Part shown: positions 22,635-27,555 of the stretch, piece by piece
Layout of the letters: each line of letters begins with the position of its first letter
How positions within the stretch are numbered: the stretch's first letter is position 1
Virus record (IMG/VR): IMGVR_UViG_3300014208_000111
Location: 1 to 27,555 of that record
Direction: 5' to 3' (one strand)
Source of the DNA: a virus
Lineage: Duplodnaviria > Caudoviricetes
DNA: 27,555 nt
Translations under genes and position numbers: made by a program
The notes under the pieces: generated by a model
What the model was told of the DNA's origin: nothing
The model's input: the letters and a program-made list of their open reading frames with translations, nothing else
The model's database searches: none

Positions 22635-23438
22635 ATGACAATCTCTACACCTATCGTAAATGCAGGATTCAATTACATTAACGGCTTGAAATTAGCATGG
22701 GTTGATGGAACTCACATGACCGTTTCTGCTGGTTCTTGCCGCAACTCTACAAACGTGAATGACATTAGTGTCGGTTTGGCTCTAAATGTTGCCGCTACTC
22801 AGACTGGCGTATTGCCTGTTGCCGCTGGTACTGGTGCTGTAACGATTAACACCGCTGTTAATGGTGTTGCTGGTTTAGACCAAGGTGCTATGGCTAATGA
22901 CACTTTTTACGCAGTCTTTGCTATTGGCGACAGCTTCGGAGTTAATCCCGGTTCGGCAATGCTTTCAACAAGTGCTACCGCTCCATTGCTTCCTGCTGGC
23001 TATGACATGTTTTTCCGCATAGGTTTTGTTAAATCCAGTGGTGCTGCTGCATTGCTTGCATTCAGACAAGATGGAATCAGTTTAGACCGTTGGATGTGGT
23101 ATGACGCTGCAATTGCAACAGACATCACAGCTGGTGCTTCTGCAACTTATGCTGCTGTTAATGCTACTACTGGCCTTCCTGCCGCCACTCCTACAATGGT
23201 TAATTGGCTATGCACATTCACCCCAACTGCTGCCGCTGACAAATTGGTATTGGTTCCCGGTACTTCTACAGCGACTTTGGGTTATGCATCTGCTGGTGGC
23301 TCTGTAGCTGCTGTTGCAAATACAGTTAACTTAATTTGTCCGACTGATGCACCTTTAACTGATGCGATTGATTACAAAGTGACTGGTAGTGCGGTTGCGA
23401 TTTCTGTTGCAGCTTATTTAGATCAATTGTCAGCATAA
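22635..23438 (+). CDS. Virion structural protein (decoration/fibre-like)
   Basis: Ala/Thr/Gly-rich, beta-type sequence; YINGLKLAW...GSCRNS; highly biased codon use; follows the coat. Confidence 0.6.
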   Translation: MTISTPIVNAGFNYINGLKLAWVDGTHMTVSAGSCRNSTNVNDISVGLALNVAATQTGVLPVAAGTGAVTINTAVNGVAGLDQGAMANDTFYAVFAIGDSFGVNPGSAMLSTSATAPLLPAGYDMFFRIGFVKSSGAAALLAFRQDGISLDRWMWYDAAIATDITAGASATYAAVNATTGLPAATPTMVNWLCTFTPTAAADKLVLVPGTSTATLGYASAGGSVAAVANTVNLICPTDAPLTDAIDYKVTGSAVAISVAAYLDQLSA

Positions 23439-23447
23439 GGATTAGCC

Positions 23448-24152
23448 ATGGCCTATACGACTTTGCAGTTAATAAACTTTGCGTATTATGAATCGCGCAT
23501 TGTTTCACGTGGCTTCGAAACCGTAACAGGCGATCAGGCTAACGATGGCTTAATTTTTCTAAATGACATTATAGCGGATAAGACTGTGGAGAATGGTCTT
23601 ATCCCTTATTACCAAGAGTATGATTTTCCGGCTGTAATTGGTCAGGAGAAGTATTTTATTCCCGATTTGATTGAGGTTGATACCTTTGTATTTTACATCG
23701 ATACGATTCGTTATCAGACTGAAAATAGAGCTCGTAGAGAGTATTTTGGAACATCTCGCGCTGACAACATTCAATCATTGCCCGGAAGTTGGCATATGGA
23801 GCGATGTTTTGGCGGAGCTAATTTATATATTTACTTCAAGCCTAATCAGGCATTCCCATTGACTCTATGGGGCCAGTTTAGACTTCAGCAAGTAGTTATT
23901 AATCAGGATTTATCATTAACGCTTGATAGGTTTTACATTAACTATTTGAAGTTCAATTTAGCGGTACGGCTTTGCGATGAATTCAATTATACGGTTCCTC
24001 CGGGCGTTGCTAAACAATTTGCTAAATATGAAGACAGCATCAGCAAGAAATCAGGCCCAATGGATTTACGCCTAATTAAGATGTCCAGTCTACAGAGACG
24101 TGGCGGAATTAATTACGGCATCGTGAATCTTGGTCACGGCTGGGTGACCTAA
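23448..24152 (+). CDS. Head-to-tail adaptor / head completion protein (P22 gp4-like)
   Basis: TTLQLINFAY...DGLIFLND..., LKFNLAVRLCDEF...P pattern; gene position. Confidence 0.65.
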   Translation: MAYTTLQLINFAYYESRIVSRGFETVTGDQANDGLIFLNDIIADKTVENGLIPYYQEYDFPAVIGQEKYFIPDLIEVDTFVFYIDTIRYQTENRARREYFGTSRADNIQSLPGSWHMERCFGGANLYIYFKPNQAFPLTLWGQFRLQQVVINQDLSLTLDRFYINYLKFNLAVRLCDEFNYTVPPGVAKQFAKYEDSISKKSGPMDLRLIKMSSLQRRGGINYGIVNLGHGWVT

Positions 24153-24153
24153 T

Positions 24154-25722
24154 ATGATAATGACACCGAACGCAAAACCGATACCAGTACGAATCGTAGG
24201 TTCATCGATATTCGGTCGTCATCCTATTATCTCTGATGAACGCACATGGAACATGTATGTCAGTGACAATTGGTTATTAAACTTCCCCGGTTATCGTCAA
24301 TCAATTGATTTTCAAACTACACCGGGAGAGGGGCGTGGACTTTTTCATTCTACTCGTGGCGGCTTCATGCTCGCTGTCATTAACAGTATTGTTTATAAAG
24401 TAGACAGTAATTTAGGATTTACAGATTTATTTCACATAGATACTTCAGTTGGCGAAGTATTCATTGACGAGAATTTAAGTTCTCAAATTGTATTGGTCGA
24501 TGGAACTGACGCTTATATTTATAATTACACCACCGGAACTAATGGCAAGCTGACACTGCCCTTCAGACCTAATTACATCACTTACCAGAACACTCATTTT
24601 ATCTTTGGTAATGGTGATATAACAGTTAATGGTTCACAGTGGTACGTTTATAAATCAGGATTCGTTCCTCCTGCGACTACTCCGTTGACGCTGACTTTAG
24701 TTCAAACATTATTATTACAAACTAAGCCTGATTTTGCTAAGGCTGCCATTCGCATACCCTCTCACGGTAATAACCTTTTAGTTTTAGGTTCCACTGTTGC
24801 TGAAATTTGGACGGATATTGGCGGATTGCAGGTTTACCAACGTAACTCCGCTATTAACATCGATTATGGCGTTGCCAGCGTATCTACAATTGCCGCAAGC
24901 GATACTATGGTTGCTTGGCTTGGCATTAACGAGAAGTCTTCTCCTGCGATCATGTACATGGCGGGCGGTCAGGCTAATCGTATTTCTACTGATGGAATCG
25001 ATTATTTATTAAAACTTGTGCGTCATCCCGATCAATCAACGGCTATATTCTATCGCCAAGATGGACACGTGTTTTACATACTCACGTTCTTTCATGAAGA
25101 CGATAATTTAACCATTATGTATGATTTCACAACAGAGAAGTTTTTTGACCTGACGGATTGGGATTTCACGTACCATCCTGCACGCCAGATGACTTACTTC
25201 AATAATGAAATTTACTTTATATCATTGAAGCAAGAAAAGCTGATGCTAATCAGTTCCGATATTACTAGCATCTCACCAAGCCCTCAAGAGAATTACGAGA
25301 TACCACGAATTCGCAAGTGCGATACCTTCCGATTACCGGGTGCCGAACGCTTCATTGTTAACCAATTCAGCTTTACTGTAGAGAATGGAGTCGAACAGGA
25401 TGTTGATTTTCAATACGAGTGCGACGGCTTTATATTGGGCGAATCAAGCGGAGCAATAATGTATGCCGAAGACGACTTGCCCTTATTATTAGAAGGCGGA
25501 AATTGTCAGGTATATCGACCAAGGATTGACGTAACCATCTCCAAGAACGGTGGTGAAACCTATAGTAACGTCAATAGCTACTACATGCATGCGACAGGGA
25601 AATATAATAATCAGCCTCGATTTAATGGGTTAGGTGAGGCAAACCAATTTACAGTACAGATGCGCTTCTGGGGATTTGGTGCTGTTGTAATACAGGACGG
25701 TCAATTGGAGGTGTATCAATGA
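24154..25722 (+). CDS. Packaged-DNA stabilisation / tail hub protein (P22 gp10-like)
   Basis: 522 aa beta-propeller-like; ISTDGID, YRQDGHVFYILTF and SKNGGETY motifs. Confidence 0.8.
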   Translation: MIMTPNAKPIPVRIVGSSIFGRHPIISDERTWNMYVSDNWLLNFPGYRQSIDFQTTPGEGRGLFHSTRGGFMLAVINSIVYKVDSNLGFTDLFHIDTSVGEVFIDENLSSQIVLVDGTDAYIYNYTTGTNGKLTLPFRPNYITYQNTHFIFGNGDITVNGSQWYVYKSGFVPPATTPLTLTLVQTLLLQTKPDFAKAAIRIPSHGNNLLVLGSTVAEIWTDIGGLQVYQRNSAINIDYGVASVSTIAASDTMVAWLGINEKSSPAIMYMAGGQANRISTDGIDYLLKLVRHPDQSTAIFYRQDGHVFYILTFFHEDDNLTIMYDFTTEKFFDLTDWDFTYHPARQMTYFNNEIYFISLKQEKLMLISSDITSISPSPQENYEIPRIRKCDTFRLPGAERFIVNQFSFTVENGVEQDVDFQYECDGFILGESSGAIMYAEDDLPLLLEGGNCQVYRPRIDVTISKNGGETYSNVNSYYMHATGKYNNQPRFNGLGEANQFTVQMRFWGFGAVVIQDGQLEVYQ

Positions 25723-25991
25723 TTATTCCTTCATTTGCAAATGTACAATTTGTTGAAGAAAACGGCTATCTTACTAGTCCGATGCAGATGTACAATGATG
25801 AATTAAATCGAATCCTGCGTAATGGATTATCTGACGATGGCTGGACTGTACCTAATTTAACTGCGGCACAGATAACACAGATTTCTCCAGAGATGCCAGC
25901 GGGTACATTGTGGTTTAATACTGATTTAAAGAAACTTGTAGTGAAAACGGATTTCAATACAAATACTATAGAAGTTATACAAAGCGTATAA
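25719..25991 (+). CDS. Small tail-associated hypothetical protein
   Basis: ATGA overlap; GTLWFNTD motif. Confidence 0.6.
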   Translation: MIIPSFANVQFVEENGYLTSPMQMYNDELNRILRNGLSDDGWTVPNLTAAQITQISPEMPAGTLWFNTDLKKLVVKTDFNTNTIEVIQSV

Positions 25992-26000
25992 GGATATACC

Positions 26001-26654
26001 ATGAGCATATTAAGCGATTTATTCGGCGGCGGGAAAAATCCAGCAGATGCAGCATCGCCTTATTTGAACCAAATACCGGGAGTGGGCCATGATGCCTATG
26101 ATTCCTATATAAATAAAGGCAGAGAAGCAGGAAACCGTACTGGAAGCGCCTATGAAGGACTTATGAGCGATCCCACCGGATTCATTAATAAGCTCATGGA
26201 AAATTATCAGACTTCAGCAGGTTATGGGGCAAAGAAAGATGAACTGACAAGCCTCATGGGTAATACTGCGGCATCAGGAGGATTTGCTGGTTCACCTTTC
26301 GATCAAGGGCAACAAGCTAAAGGCGTAAATGACCTTTTATCCCAAGACATGCAGCAATATTTGCAGAACGCTTTTGGCGCATACAAGACTGGACTTGAAG
26401 GCGAGCAGGGAGTGGCCAATCAAGGATTCCAAGCATCTGGGAATTTAGCCGATATCTTAGGCGGTAACTTAAACCAGCAAGCAAATTTAGGATTCCAAGG
26501 CCAGCAACAGAAGAATTCCAATAAGACAGCAATAATTGGTCAATTGATTAAAGCTCTGGGGATTGGAGGCGGCCTTGCAGCTACAGGAGGAGTTGGAGGG
26601 ATTGGCGCATTGCTAGGCGGCGGCTTCGGCTCAGGCATGTTTGGCGGAGGTTAA
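26001..26654 (+). CDS. DNA ejection (pilot) protein, P22 gp7-like
   Basis: Gly/Gln/Ala-rich; NTAASGGFAGS; hydrophobic Gly-rich tail; position after tail genes. Confidence 0.6.
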   Translation: MSILSDLFGGGKNPADAASPYLNQIPGVGHDAYDSYINKGREAGNRTGSAYEGLMSDPTGFINKLMENYQTSAGYGAKKDELTSLMGNTAASGGFAGSPFDQGQQAKGVNDLLSQDMQQYLQNAFGAYKTGLEGEQGVANQGFQASGNLADILGGNLNQQANLGFQGQQQKNSNKTAIIGQLIKALGIGGGLAATGGVGGIGALLGGGFGSGMFGGG

Positions 26655-26655
26655 T

Positions 26656-27555
26656 ATGGCTATTACCAATTGGAACAATTTTATTGCGGCTGGAACTCAA
26701 GAGTCTCCAATGACTAATCTTTTGGAAAATGCATTCAAAGGTTATCAAATGGGGCGTGCTCCTGCGCAGATGGATGAAGAACAGAAGCAGCGACAGTTGG
26801 CTAATCAATTGAAACAACTTGAAGCCGAGCATAAGCCTAAAGAATTTGAATTGAGCGACCAACATCAGGCTTTAGCTAATTCACTACAGCAATTGGCTGT
26901 AAAACATATGCCTAAGCAATATGAACAACAAGAACGTCTTGCGGAAGCAAATATAGCTAAGGCTAATAGACCAGCGGCATTGAAAGGTGCTTTAGCTAAT
27001 GCTCAGGCAGCGAGGAACCAGTATCCAGAAGGATCGAGAGAATGGAACGAAGCCAATGATTATATTAAAAAACTAAATACACCCAAATCAGGAATTCAAT
27101 TAAGTAGTTCTCCTGATGGCGGAATTCAAGTTTCTATTGGTGGCGAAAAAGGAGAACAGGCAACTATTCCGGGATTCCCAGCAATGAAGCGAGGCGAAGT
27201 AGCCATGTATGATAAACAAGGAAAACCAGTTGCTATCGGTAAGCCATTAACTGAAAAACAGCAGAAAGAAGAAAGCGGTCGATTAGCGTTTAATATTTAT
27301 CATGATTTTCTAATTAATGCACAAAAACCATATTCGGGTAAAGGTTCAACCGCTCAATTCGAATCGGATATTGCAGCTTACGCAGCAGATCCAGCCGCTA
27401 AAAAACGCATTGATGATTTACTTGCTGCCGATAAATTATTATTCAGTACAACAGTAAAGGAAGATGCAACATTAGGCGGTGCTAATACCAATAAAGTTTA
27501 TAATCAGTTAATGAAATCATTAACTACTTCAGAAGTTTATCCTCTCCTTAAAGAG
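26656..27555 (+). CDS. Probable DNA ejection/internal virion protein (runs off the window end)
   Basis: GGAGG RBS; MAITNWNNFIAAGTQESPMTNLLENAFKGYQMG...; frame appears open to the window end; helical Q/A/E-rich. Confidence 0.6.
   Translation, partial: MAITNWNNFIAAGTQESPMTNLLENAFKGYQMGRAPAQMDEEQKQRQLANQLKQLEAEHKPKEFELSDQHQALANSLQQLAVKHMPKQYEQQERLAEANIAKANRPAALKGALANAQAARNQYPEGSREWNEANDYIKKLNTPKSGIQLSSSPDGGIQVSIGGEKGEQATIPGFPAMKRGEVAMYDKQGKPVAIGKPLTEKQQKEESGRLAFNIYHDFLINAQKPYSGKGSTAQFESDIAAYAADPAAKKRIDDLLAADKLLFSTTVKEDATLGGANTNKVYNQLMKSLTTSEVYPLLKE

Overview
A 27.5-kb, AT-rich segment of a tailed dsDNA phage or prophage with a P22-like (podovirus) morphogenesis module. From left to right it contains: a replication initiator with internal iterons and a DnaB-like helicase (+); a leftward operon of about 17 small genes including a serine resolvase, driven by a near-consensus sigma70 promoter and punctuated by repeated leader motifs; a terminase small subunit; an ~6-kb accessory region (Cys/His-repeat protein, DUF6378-like protein, DnaA-box-like cluster, XRE plus orphan IS66 tnpA/tnpB pair, two canonical tRNAs and two atypical CCA-ending RNAs); the terminase large subunit; and portal, scaffold, coat, head-completion and ejection proteins. 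The standout feature is a 355-aa intein in the terminase Walker B motif. It carries no endonuclease in its own frame. Instead, a complete NUMOD4-HNH homing endonuclease gene is encoded on the opposite strand, fully nested between the two splicing domains, with both strands open codon-for-codon for 240 codons. All calls come from reading motifs by eye; no searches were run.
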